Below, one piece after another: positions 49,351 to 60,500 of a stretch of 64,000 nucleotides of DNA; the first letter of the stretch is position 1, and the number at the start of each line of letters is the position of its first letter. The position numbers were made by a program, and so were the translations under genes. A model generated the notes under the pieces. It did not search any database. It had not been told where the DNA came from and was given only the letters and a program-made list of their open reading frames with translations. The stretch comes from Sphyrna mokarran (Eukaryota), in NCBI GenBank assembly GCA_024679065.1, contig JAGIQG010000043.1:1612001-1676000 (forward strand). Reading direction: 5' to 3'.

Positions 49351-51840
49351 TCTTTCTGACTGCGTCTGTGTGTATGTGTTTGTATGTGCATGTGTCTGAG
49401 CCTTTTTGGTTGGGAGTGAGAATGATTCTATCCGTGTCTGTGTGGTTCAGTGTTCTTGTCGTTATTTACTCCCTCAACAAGCATCTAAAAATGCAACAAT
49501 TTGACGAATGATACTTTCCTCCTAGGATCAAACTGAAAAGACGCTACCAACATTTACCATATTAAATTCGATGAATACAATTTCAACAAGTGGCTGTCAA
49601 CAATGAGGTGTTTAAAAAAAGTAGGATACAAAGTAACTGCAGGGTGGATGGTGTTTCAAATTAGCTGATTTTTTTTTGATGGTGGAAACTTTAATTAGCT
49701 ATAAAAGAGACCTGAATCTGCATGTATGATGTTGTAACACACAAGGCTACAGATTGGGTGCTGGACTATAGGATTGGAATAGACAGAGAGCTTTCTGGCC
49801 AGCACAGATGTGATGGAGAATGCCCTCTTTCTCTGTCATTTTTGTCATGTGGTTCAATGGCGCCAAGACATTTGATTGTATGTGCCTGGTTGTGATTATA
49901 TGGGAGAGATTTGCCGAAACGCAAGGGTCAAAGGCGGCACTGTGGCACAGTCGTTAGCTTCACAGGGCCAACGAGTTCAATTCCTTAGGTGTGTGTCTGT
50001 GTGGAATTTGCATGTTCTTACCTTGTCTTTGTGGGTTTTTTCTGGATGCTATTTTACCCTCCAATGAATAGTTTGTACATTCCCTTAGTATTTCAAGATG
50101 TGTAGATTAGATGGATTATTCATGCTTAATGTTTGGGACTACGGGAATAACGTTGATGAGCAGGCCTGGAGAAGGTAGACTCTCAGGAAGTCCCTACAGT
50201 CTCGATGGGATGAATGATCTTATTCTGCATTGTCAGGGTTCTATGATTCCGAAGGCACTTGGGAGGATAAATGCAGAGATGCTGGTCAAAGAATGTTGAT
50301 AACACATGGAGAAACATGGTAATTGAACTAACAGCAATCGAATTGATCGACTCATTACACTAATTTTCTGAATGAATGCTCGTGACGCTTTTGTTAAGTC
50401 GCATTCCGAATTCTGCTTCTTTAACACGACGTCATTTCAGTCAATTTCAGCCAATAGGCGTTGGAACATTGAACACTATCAAGGCTGCGATGGACAGATT
50501 CTTAATCAGTAAGAAAATAAAGGGTTATGGGAAGATGGAGGGAAAGTGAAGTTGACGAGCATCATATCAGAACAATCATGAACTCATTGAATGGCGGAGT
50601 AGACTCGTTGGGCTGAATGGCCTACTTCTGCTCCTGTCCTTTTGGTCTTGTTATGTTGCTCTTCCATTGGAATATTAAAACAGACAATTTCTAATTGAGA
50701 TAGAGGCCAATGGAAGCAGATTTAATAGTCACTTTCAAAAAAGAATCAGATAACTCATTGTTGTAACGAACAGAGCTGAGCATGATGCAGAAAGTTAAAG
50801 TGAAGGTTGCTCTGAAGGAGAAGCGGTGGTCTAGTTGTCTTAGTGCTAGGCTATTAATCTACATACTCAGCGAATGTTCCAAGGACCCGAGTCTGTGTCC
50901 AGCGAGACAGATGGTTGGACTTTTATTCAATGAAACAAAATCTGCAATTAATTATCTTTAATGACCATGAAACCACTGTCAGAAAAAAAAAAACATCTGG
51001 TTCACTTATCTTCTTTCGGGAAGGAAATCTGTCATTCTTAATTGATCTGGCCTACATGTAACTCCAGAGCCACACCGATGTGATTGACTCTCAAATGCCT
51101 TCTCAACAAGGACAACTCGTAATGGGAGAAGACCGTGTTAAGGGAGCTCGGTCTTTTCTCCTTCGAGAGATGAAGGATGAGAGGTGACCTGATAGAAGTG
51201 TGTAAGATGTTGAGAGGAATAGATGGATGGATTCTCAGAGGCCTTTCTCCCAAAGCTTGAATAGTTGCTCCGAGAGGGCACAGGTTTAAGATGCTGGGGA
51301 TTAGGCATAGTGGAGATATCGGGGTAAGTTTTTCACTCAGAGGGTAGTGGATGAGTGGGATCGGCTGCCATCTGTGGTGATGGAAGCAAATTCGATAGGG
51401 TCGTTTGAGAGACTTCTGGAAGAGCGCATAAGACTTAATAGCATTGAGGGTTATAGGTAAGCCTAGTAGGTAAGGATATTATTGGCACAACTTGTGGGCC
51501 AAAGGACCTGATTGTGCTATAGACTTTCCTAAGTTCTATGTTCTATATCCCAAGAATGCATTCAAAAATGGGATAGCTCTTTCAAATATCCAGTACGGTT
51601 TCAATGGGCAGGTTAGTTTCCTTCTCATTTGTGTCATTCTATGATTTCATGTCACGTGTTTGAGGTTGAGGGTGATTTTAAATATCTATGGGCCGAATGG
51701 CCTTCCTGAGCACTGGCGGGCTTCTCGATTCACTATTATGTCTCTACGATTTGTGAATATTTCAGAGTGGACCCGTCTACGCCTCCCTGGATTTGGCCGC
51801 TTTGGAGAAAAGATCAAAAAAGAAGGCGGGTCGAACATGA
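38464..51840 (+). CDS. Gene B: non-rearranging VJ-C1 antigen-receptor-like type I membrane protein (PRARP/VJC1-like), 7 exons, 331 aa
   Basis: Exons 38464-38518, 39071-39403, 41515-41844, 44176-44277, 44373-44403, 48383-48452, 51766-51840. All introns are GT-AG and phases match (1,1,1,1,2,0). Total 996 nt open to TGA. Domain order is signal peptide, V(J), C1, stalk Cys, TM, Tyr-containing tail. AATAAA at 51902. An extra exon hidden in the N gap cannot be excluded. Confidence 0.85.
39071..39403 (+). CDS. Gene B exon 2: germline-joined VJ-type Ig V domain
   Basis: Acceptor TTTCTAG (alternative in-frame TTACAG at 39076), donor G|GTAAGA, 333 nt. Translation ...[23 protein letters not shown]...[12 protein letters not shown]...[47 protein letters not shown] and a J-like F-x-x-G-x-x-V-x-V strand are in one exon. 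Confidence 0.93.
39413..41449 (+). mobile_element. 5'-truncated young CR1/HER1 LINE inserted in the gene B V-C1 intron
   Basis: Begins ~10 nt after the V donor ([15 protein letters not shown]...), full RT motifs, (GTTCTAT)n tail ending ~41449. Confidence 0.95.
41515..41844 (+). CDS. Gene B exon 3: C1-set Ig constant domain
   Basis: Acceptor TGTCCAG, donor G|GTGAGT, 330 nt, phase 1-1. [14 protein letters not shown]...[10 protein letters not shown]...IFWN...[11 protein letters not shown]...[12 protein letters not shown] carries C1 hallmarks (LxCLVxG, W, TYS..S.L/I.V, W..G...C). Confidence 0.93.
42070..42380 (+). mobile_element. tRNA-derived V-SINE
   Basis: GGGCGGCAGCGTGGCGCAGAGGTTAGCACTGCTG head. 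Confidence 0.8.
43797..44022 (+). mobile_element. Short CR1/HER1 3' end
   Basis: Matches 41230-41449; (GTTCTAT)n tail. Confidence 0.85.
44176..44277 (+). CDS. Gene B exon 4: stalk cysteine plus transmembrane segment
   Basis: Acceptor TTTTCCCCTCTGTAG, donor G|GTAAAG, 102 nt. Translation [34 protein letters not shown]. Confidence 0.88.
44373..44403 (+). CDS. Gene B exon 5: cytoplasmic ([10 protein letters not shown])
   Basis: Acceptor GGTTTCAG, strong donor AAG|GTGAGT, phase 1 to 2, 95-nt intron after the TM exon. Confidence 0.8.
44958..45755 (-). mobile_element. CR1 3' end with V-SINE-containing 3'UTR
   Basis: ORF 45482-45820 [13 protein letters not shown]...FFTQRVV. Confidence 0.88.
45995..47610 (-). 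mobile_element. CR1 LINE fragment (third subfamily)
   Basis: [25 protein letters not shown] and LVRPHLEYC motifs in broken ORFs. Confidence 0.9.
48383..48452 (+). CDS. Gene B exon 6: cytoplasmic ([24 protein letters not shown])
   Basis: Acceptor TTTATATTGCAG, consensus donor CAG|GTAAGT. Phase 2 to 0 exactly bridges exons 5 and 7. Confidence 0.72.
48951..49080. other. Assembly gap (130 N) flanked by degenerate (GT)n/(GA)n
   Basis: Run of N inside gene B intron 6. Confidence 0.99.
50820..51545 (+). mobile_element. tRNA-derived SINE followed by a CR1 3' fragment (51120-51545)
   Basis: SINE head GGTCTAG..TAATC..ACTCAG; CR1 [20 protein letters not shown] segment and GTTCTAT tail. Confidence 0.7.
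51766..51840 (+). CDS. Gene B exon 7: terminal cytoplasmic exon with tyrosine motif ([24 protein letters not shown])
   Basis: Acceptor ATATTTCAG, phase 0, YxxL motif, TGA at 51838-51840, AATAAA 61 nt downstream. Confidence 0.78.
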   Translation, partial: SGPVYASLDLAALEKRSKKKAGRT

Positions 51841-51901
51841 GAGTCCAAATGATGAATTCTGGTGGAGACAGGACTACTCGACAACCCCACAGCATCAATG
51901 G

Positions 51902-51907
51902 AATAAA
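51902..51907 (+). terminator. Candidate polyadenylation signal of gene B
   Basis: First AATAAA downstream of the gene B stop codon. Confidence 0.45.
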
Positions 51908-52564
51908 CATGGATCCAAGGTGTCTCTTTTCAAAGAGCGTAAACTTGCCGGCACATTTACCAAAGATTGGATCACTGTAAATGTTTGAAGTTTGAGTTCA
52001 GAATATTCCATTGGAACCGTATTCATCAACTGTGAAACGTTGAACAATGCTGAGAAGATTTCTAGAGATTCTCTGAAAATGTTCGGCTGATTGTATACTC
52101 ACAGGAACTAGACAATTTCCCTGTGCATTTGTCAACGTGTGAATATCAATGAATTATTCGATCTTAATAACGATGAATTGTCTTGATTTTGATCAATAAC
52201 AAGCTTATAATTAAGTGTAATCTTTCTGATTCTTAAATTTCTATGGAGCTGACAATATCAGTCCAAGATTCTGATGTGTGTTATTGCTTGAGTTGTGAGA
52301 ATTTTGGCCATTTATACAATTGAAACGCAATTAGAGACGGACCAGGCAGTAGTGCATGCATTTTCCAATGTTATTATCCTAATTTTAAACAGGTAATTTA
52401 GCTTCATATTTATCATTAACCACACATTTCAGAGCTATAGGATAAGGAAGAAAAAAATGGATTTCGATTCATGCTCTCTGCAACACTTGGATTTCCTTGT
52501 CACCCCCTTGTCACTTCCTTGCCAGTTCCAACCTGATTAATAGAACTCTAATTATTAGCAGAGT

Positions 52565-52990
52565 GGATGGCCTGGTGATATTATCGCTAGACTACTAATC
52601 CAGAAACTCAAATAATGTTCTGAGGACTCAGCTTCGACTCCCGCCGCGGCAGTTTTCAGTTTGAATTCAGAGAAAAAAATCTCGAATTGAGAATTTATTG
52701 ATGATCATTGTCGATTGTTGGAAAGCCCATCCAATTCGCTAATGCCCCTTAGTCTGGCCTACATGGCTACAGGCCAAGTGCTGGAAAATGGGATTAGGTG
52801 GAGTCCAGGTGTTGCCCGCGTGTTGCTGCTGACTCGATGTGCCTCCGGACCTCTTTGGCACGGTATGATTCTATGTGACTCAGTGTGGTTGACTCTCAAT
52901 GGCTTCTGAAAAGGCCTACCAATCCGCTCAGTTGAAGGGTAACGAGAGATGGACAATAAATGATGCCCCTGTCCAATGAATATGAAAACA
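52565..52990 (+). mobile_element. tRNA-derived SINE (second family)
   Basis: TGGCCTGGTGATATTATCGCTAGACTACTAATCCAGAAACTCA head. Confidence 0.7.
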
Positions 52991-53234
52991 ATATTGCATC
53001 ATATTACCACAATAGTCGGATGCAATCACAAGGCATTTATTCCTTTTTATCCATACAGATGTTCCTATTTTCCCAGTTCTAATGTTGCAGTTTTGCAACA
53101 ATACAATCAGTTGCAATGAGAGAAAGAAGAGAGGAATATATAGCAATAAGCAACATTTGAGAGGACACTCATTTGACCACGTACACCTACTAATTGAAAC
53201 AACCTGACAAGATAAAAACATAAAATAGCTTTAT

Positions 53235-55760
53235 AGAACATAGATCATTAGAACACAGTACAGGCCCTTCGGCCCTCGATGTTGTGCCGACCAATGGAAT
53301 CAATCTAATGACCCTTTAACCTAAACTATTCCAGTATCATCCCTATGCTTATCCACTGACCATTTGAAGGCCCTTAAAGTTGGCAAACCCACTACTGCTG
53401 CAGGCGGGGCATTCCACGCCCTTCCTATCCTCTGAGTAAAGAACATACCTCTGACATCCGTCCTATATTTATCACCCTCAATTTAAAGCTATGCCCTTTT
53501 GTGTTAGCCATCACCATCCAAGAAAAAAGGTTCTCACTGTCCACCCTATCTAATCTTCTGATCATCTTGATATATCTGAAGGAGAAGTCATATAATTGAC
53601 AAAAAATAGATGATGATGCCACGAATAATTGACACGAGAGAGTGTGCCAGGGGACAACAGGAATTGTAACCAGTTGGATATTATCGCCCTCAAGAAAGCA
53701 ATTGAAATCCGCTATTTCTAGTCATTGATGAAGCCGAGACACACAGCTAATGTGAATCAGAGCATCAGGAGATAACCAAATTGAAAAGACGCTCAAGAAA
53801 AATATATTTCTACACACATTAAATTTTATAATTTTATATAGTTCAGTTCATCATTTATAGGGATAGGATCATCGCCTCATAGCACGGTCAGAGGATCTTC
53901 GGCCCATCTTGTCCTTGCCAGCCATCAAGCACCCATTTATTCTCATCCCACTTCCAGTACTTGCCTCGTTATCTTGTATGTTAAGACGTTACACGTGATC
54001 ATCGAAATACTTATCAAATGGTTCCACTTCTGGCATCCTCTCAGGCAGTGAGTTTCTGTTTCCCATCACCCTTTGGGTGGAAAAGCTTGTCCTGACATCT
54101 CTTATAAACATATAATCCACTATAATCCCCTTGGCTAATGCAAAGTTTATTTCCTATCCACCACACCAATGCCACTTATAGTTTACTAACCTCAGTCAGT
54201 TCCCATGCCCCTCCCCCCAATCCCTCAGCTCTCTCTCCCACAAGGAGAACAACAACCATAGCCAATCCAGTCCCTCTTCAAGGCTGAAACGCCCTAATCC
54301 AGGCAACATCCTGATGAAGCTTCTTTGCACCTTCTCGAGTGCAATCAAATCTTTCCTATAGTGTGCTGACCAGAACCGCACACATTACTCCATTTATAAA
54401 CTAAGCATTGCTATATGCAGGTCTATTATAATCTCCTTGCTATTATATTCAATCTCTCGGTCAATAAAAACAAGCATCCTACAGTACTTTGGTCCGCCTT
54501 GTTCTCTAACAAGGAGCATACAAGCGATGCGTTGTGAGAGGGCTGCTCTTGGATTTTTTTTCAAGAGTATCCTAGTGTTTCACGTCGTTAATGTACACTT
54601 GACCTGGAACATTTGATGGGCAACACGTCAGCTCAGTGACTATCGCTGTGATGTACAGATAAATGGATTTGGGCCTGTATCTGTGGGAGCCGCCACACGG
54701 TGGCTCCAGAGAACTCTGCCTCTGGCTGTTGCGGGGCGTTTTGGGGTGTGAGGGGCTCTGGCCCTTCGTCAATACGCTGGCACTCGTTGCCTTCGAGCGC
54801 CCCGTATTAAAACGGAACCCCCATCCGGGTGCTCCGGTTTTCTCCCACATTCCAAAGATGTTCTCTTAGGCTGATTGGCAGAACAAATTCTCCCTATATT
54901 GTCTCAAATTTGGCTTGAATGCATTGATCTATAAATATAGACAGGGATCATGGGTAGAACTCGGAATATCGAGGTGGCGGCACGGGCTTGTTGGGCCGAA
55001 GGACCTGTTTCCCTTGCTGTTTTGCTCTTTGTTCATTGTTCATCCGCCATGTGCCTTCCGAACGAGCTTCACCACCTGCTCTGCTGCCTTCGCAGATCAA
55101 TAGACATGCACATCAAAGTCTCTCCGATACTTCGTACTTCCCCCATTTCAAATGCTCATTGTGTAATCCACTGCATTGGTGGTTATTCTAAAATACATTA
55201 CCTGACAATTGTTAGACCTAAATTCCATTTCCCATAATTCTGCACATCTGACCAGTCTTTCTACATAATGCTGTATTCCAAGGTTTGCTCCTTACTATTT
55301 ACACAACGTCAATGTTTTGTGTCACTTACTTATCCTTCCATCATTAACGATTACGTCAATAGCATACGGTACAAATAAAAAAGGACCTGTGCAGATCTCT
55401 CCGGACATCACTGGACTCAGGATTCAAGCCATAAAAACTACTTTCGACCATTGAACTCTGTCCTCACCAATAAGCCAATTTTGGGCCTAATTTGCCAAAT
55501 TGTTCTGGATCCCATCGGCTCTCTTCTTCTTCACCAGCCTTCCATGCAGGACCGACCGAAATCGTTTCTGAAGTTCACATAAACGACATCAACTGCATTG
55601 CCCGCATCCACACAAATAGTCACCTCCTCGAAAAGTTCTATCGAAATTGTATGGCATGATTTCCCTTTGACGAAACCATGCTGACTATCCTTGCTTAATG
55701 CTTGCCTCCTCAAGTGGAGATTAATTCTGTCCCTCAGCTCTATTCCTATAGTTTCCCTGC
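53235..55760 (-). mobile_element. Cluster of degenerate CR1 fragments with a + strand CR1 3'UTR insert (54480-55040)
   Basis: QHGFVKGKSC and LEKVQRSFIRMLPGL motifs. Confidence 0.75.
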
Positions 55761-56904
55761 CATTGCAATTAGACTAAACTGCCTATTTTTTTTTGTTTTA
55801 TTTTCTCCCAACAATGACATCTGTGCTGACTTTGTAAGCAAATATCAACGACAACCCATTCCCTCCGGATCTCTGCACTAAGTAAAATCGGGGTTAACAC
55901 TCATATTTTTAAAATAATCTTTTCAATATTCTTGCTCGAGTTCAGACAACTTCATCTTACTGAGTGACGTGTAAACCCGTCAGATCCAATAAAGCTTCTT
56001 AATATACTATTAAATTGCATTTTCACTTCCAGATGAAGGGTCGGATTATCTTAACTGCTTACCTTCTTAAACACTAATAATATTGAACAGGTTCAGCCAC
56101 TTCTAGAGCTGAGCGTTGTTATAGAGTCATAGAAGTTCTATGACTCTATGTTGATAACAAAAATTTCCATTTGGTTCAGATGCCCCACTTTCCCATTTCG
56201 AATCGCTCAATGTCTTTAATATCAGGTCCAATATATTCATGTTGACCATTTATGAATGAAAAGGACATTGCAATGTTCAGACATGAGTTAGCTGGAGACA
56301 TTTGCACTGAAAGAAAACAGCGGCACCTGTGAGCAAAGTCGTACTGCAAGCTTGGCACCAGAGCCTTGGAAAAGAACAGGAAAAGGAACGTGTAAAACTA
56401 TGGACTGAAGTGTTACTAAATCGGCAGCTGACATCTCAGTATTATACTCCTCGAGACGTTTAGTTCGTTTCACCCAGATGTTGAGCAAGAAAGTAAAGAC
56501 AAAATCACACACTTTTGTCTTAGAAAGCTGGAACTCCTTCTGCTAAATCCTATGATGGAAATTGAAAATTTAGAAACTGATTTTTGTTAGCGAGGTGAGT
56601 ACAAGTTACTGAACCAAGCCGGGTAACTGAAGGGGAAACACAGATCAGCCTCTATGTGATTGCAACAGGAGACAGGTTCGAGGTGCTAAATATGCCCCTC
56701 GTCTCCAATGTTCTTGATCACACTCTGCCATTCTGGAATAGCTTCGTGGACACAGATTAAAACGGAGAATGATTTTGCTGACTCGGATATGCTAGTCACA
56801 ATTCACAACACTTAATTTGCATATGACCTAACATTGAATGCCAATCCGGGTTTCGTTTACCATCCTGGAAATTAGTGATTTTCTGTTCTGCTCTGGCGTC
56901 ACAT

Positions 56905-57350
56905 ATACTAAGAAGTCTTTGAACACCAGGTTATAGACCAACCAGTTAATTTGATAGTAATCTTACAAACTTTCGGAAACGGTGTTCCTTCTTCAGGTGT
57001 GTGGAAGGTTCTGATCAGAGAAGGGCATATAAAGTCGCACGCAGTTTACAGAATACTGATTAGAATGCAAGTTTTTACAAAGATGCAAAAAAGCAGGAAA
57101 GATATTGAGAACTATATCCATTCACATTGTCTGCGTCTTTAAGACTTGAGTAGCAGGTTAGCTGTAAAGACTTGCATTGTAATCAGTATTGTGTAAACTG
57201 TGTGTGATTTTATATGCCCTTGTCTGGTTAGAACCTTACACACCTGACGAAGGAACACCATTTCTGAAAGCTTGTAAAATTACTATCAAATAAACTTGTT
57301 GGACCTGGTGTTGTGAGACTTCTTACTGTGTTTACCCCAGAACAACACCA
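56905..57350. mobile_element. Inverted pair of Penelope pLTR fragments
   Basis: About 175-bp arms (56905-57080 / 57163-57330), each with a CTGANGA...GAAA core. Confidence 0.75.
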
Positions 57351-57597
57351 ATATTTCTATGTCGCAGATAAGCCAGACCGTATACAGACAGGCGATTACT
57401 TCCCAGCAAAGGAATCAGTGATTGATTACACTGGTCAAATTCGCCATGGATTAGATTGTATGTTTATCGAATTGTGTTAATTTAAATTTGTTCATTTGCT
57501 ATTTGTCATTAAAATTTATCACTCAAAGCAATGTCTCTGCGTCATCAAGTTCCTCTGCTGTAGGATCACTCTATAGTTCCTCATACAGAGTGGGCAT

Positions 57598-60500
57598 TAG
57601 AACATAGAACATTACAGCGCAGAACAGGCCCTTCGGCCTTCGATGTTGCGCCGATCAATTAGGAACTAGCAGTAACCCTCTAACCTAAACCATTCTCTTT
57701 TCATCCATATCTACTAACCTCTTAAACGCCACAAAACTTGGCGCATCAACAACTGGCGCAGGCAGGGCATTCCATATCCTTACCACCCTCTGGGTAAAGA
57801 ACCTACCTCTGACGTCTGTCCTAAAAGCACCACCCCTTAATTTAAAGCTATGTTCCCTCGTGCTAGCCATCTCCATCCTAGGAAAAAGACTATCACTGTC
57901 CACCCTATCTAAACCTCTAATCATCTTATATGCTTCAATAAGATCCCCTCTTAGCCGCCTTCTTTCCAACGAAAACAACCTCAAATCCCTCAGCCTCTCT
58001 TCATATGACCTGCCTTCCATACCAGGCAACATCCTGGCAAACCTCCTCTGCACCCTCTCCAATACCTCCACATCCTTCCTATAATGTGGGGACCAGAACT
58101 GCACATAATACTCCAAGTGCAGCTGGACTAGAGATTTGTACAGTTGCAACATGACGTTGCGGCTCCGAAATTCAATCCGCCACCAATAAAAGCTAAGACT
58201 CCGTATGCCTTCTTAACAACCTTATCGACTTGATTGCCAACTTAAAGGGATCTATGCACACATACACCAAGATCCCTCTGTTCATCAACACTATTAAGAG
58301 TCCTACCATTAACCCTGTACTCTACACATTTGTTATTCCTGCCAAAGTGAATTACCTCACACTTTTCCACATTAAACTCCATTTGCCACCTCTCGGCCCA
58401 GCTCTGCAACTTGTCCAAGTCTCTCTGCAAACTATAACACCCCTCTTCACTATCTACCACTCCTCCGACTTTGGTGTCATCCGCAAATTTACTAATCCAT
58501 CCTTCAATACCCTCATCCAGATCATTTATAAAAATTACAAACAGCAGGGGCCCCAAAACAGATCCCTGAGGTACGCCACTTGTAACCGAACTCCACGATG
58601 AATATCTCCCATCAACCACCACCCTCTGTCTTCTATCTGCTAGCCAATTCCTAATCCAATTAGCTAAATCACCCTCTATCCCATACATCTGCATTTTCTG
58701 CAGGAGCCTTCCATGGGACACCTTATCGAACGCCTTACTAAAGTCCATATATACCACATCAACCGCCTTACCCCCATCCACCTCTTTGGTCACTTTTTCA
58801 AAAAACTCAATAAGGTTAGTAAGGCACGACCTACCCTTCACAAAACCATGCTGACTATCCCCAATCAATTCATTTCTCTCTAAATAACTATAAATCCTAT
58901 CCCTAATAATTCTCTCCAATACTTTGCCCACAACAGAAGTAAGACTCACCGGCCTATAATTCCCTGAAAAGTCTCTCTTCCCCTTCTTGAACAATGGGAC
59001 CACATTCGCTATCCTACAGTCTTCCGGCACTACACCCGTAACCAACGATGAACTGAAGATCAGAGGCAGAGGCTCTGCAATCGCCTCTCTCGCCTCCCAG
59101 ATAATCCTAGGGTAAATCCCGTCCGGCCCAGGGGACTTACCTAACTTCAAACCCTCAAGAATATCTAGCATATCCTCCTTATCTACTTCAATACTTTCCA
59201 GTTTGCAACCTTGTATCCCAGTGTTCTCCACAACTACATTTACATCTCCCTGCGTGAATACCGAAGAGAAATATTTGTTCAATGCCTCTCCAATCTCTTC
59301 AGGCTCCACGCACAACTTCCCACTGCTGTCTCTGACTGGCCCTAATCTTGCCCTAACCAATCTTCTATTCTTAACATATCTAAAGAAAGCTTTAGGATTC
59401 TCCTTGATCCTATCAGCCAAAGTCGTCTCGTGTCCCCTTTTAGCTCTCCTCAACTCACTCTTCAGCTCCCCCCGGCTAATCGATAGCTATCCATTGCACT
59501 AACTGAGCCTTCAAGCCTCATCCTGACATAAGCCTCCTTTTCCTTTTTAACCAGCGTATTAACTTTTTTTAGTACACCTTGGTTCCCTTACTCGACCATT
59601 TCCTCCTTGCCTGACAGGGACATACTTACCAAGGACTCGCAGTAGCTGCTCCTTTAATAAGCTCCACATTTCAGACGTTCCCAGTCCCTGTAGTTTCCTA
59701 GTCCAATCTATGCACCCTAATTCCCTCTTTATGGCCTCATAATTACCATTCCCCCAGCTATAGCTACTGCCACCAGCTTCATGCCTATCTCTATCCATCA
59801 CTAAGGTGAACGTAACCGAATTGTGGTCACTATCACCAAAATGTTCACCAACTTCCAAGTCTAACACCTGATCTGGCTCATTGCCCAGCACCAAATCCAA
59901 TGTAGCCTCACCTCTAGTTGGCCTATCTACATACTGAGTCAAAAAACCTTCCTGCACACTTTGTACAAAAACTGACCCCTCTAACGAGCTAGAGCTATAG
60001 CTATTCCAATCAATATTAGTAAAGTTAAAGTCCCCCATAACAATTATCCTATTACTTTCACTCCTGTCCAGGATCGACTTTGCAATCCTTTCCTCTATCT
60101 CTCTAGAACTTTTAGGTCTATAAAAGACTCCCAACTGGGTGACCTCTCCTCTCCTGTTTCTAATCTCAGTCCATACTACCTCAACAGACAAGTCCTCACC
60201 AAAGGACAAGTCCTTTCTGGCACCGTGATAGTCTTTAACTAATAATGCCACTCCCCCTTCTACCTCCTTCTCCACGCCGACTGAAGCATTTGAACCCTGG
60301 AACCTGCAACAACCATTCCTGTGCCTGCTCTATCCATGTATCTGAAATGGCCACAACATCGAAGTTCCAGGTACTGGTCCAAGCTGCAAGTTCCTCCACT
60401 TTATTGCGAATACTTCTTGCATTAAAGTATACGCATTTCAAACCATGCCCTACTCCACCCGTACGCTGCTGTGTTTTACAGTTCTCATCTATGACCCCCC

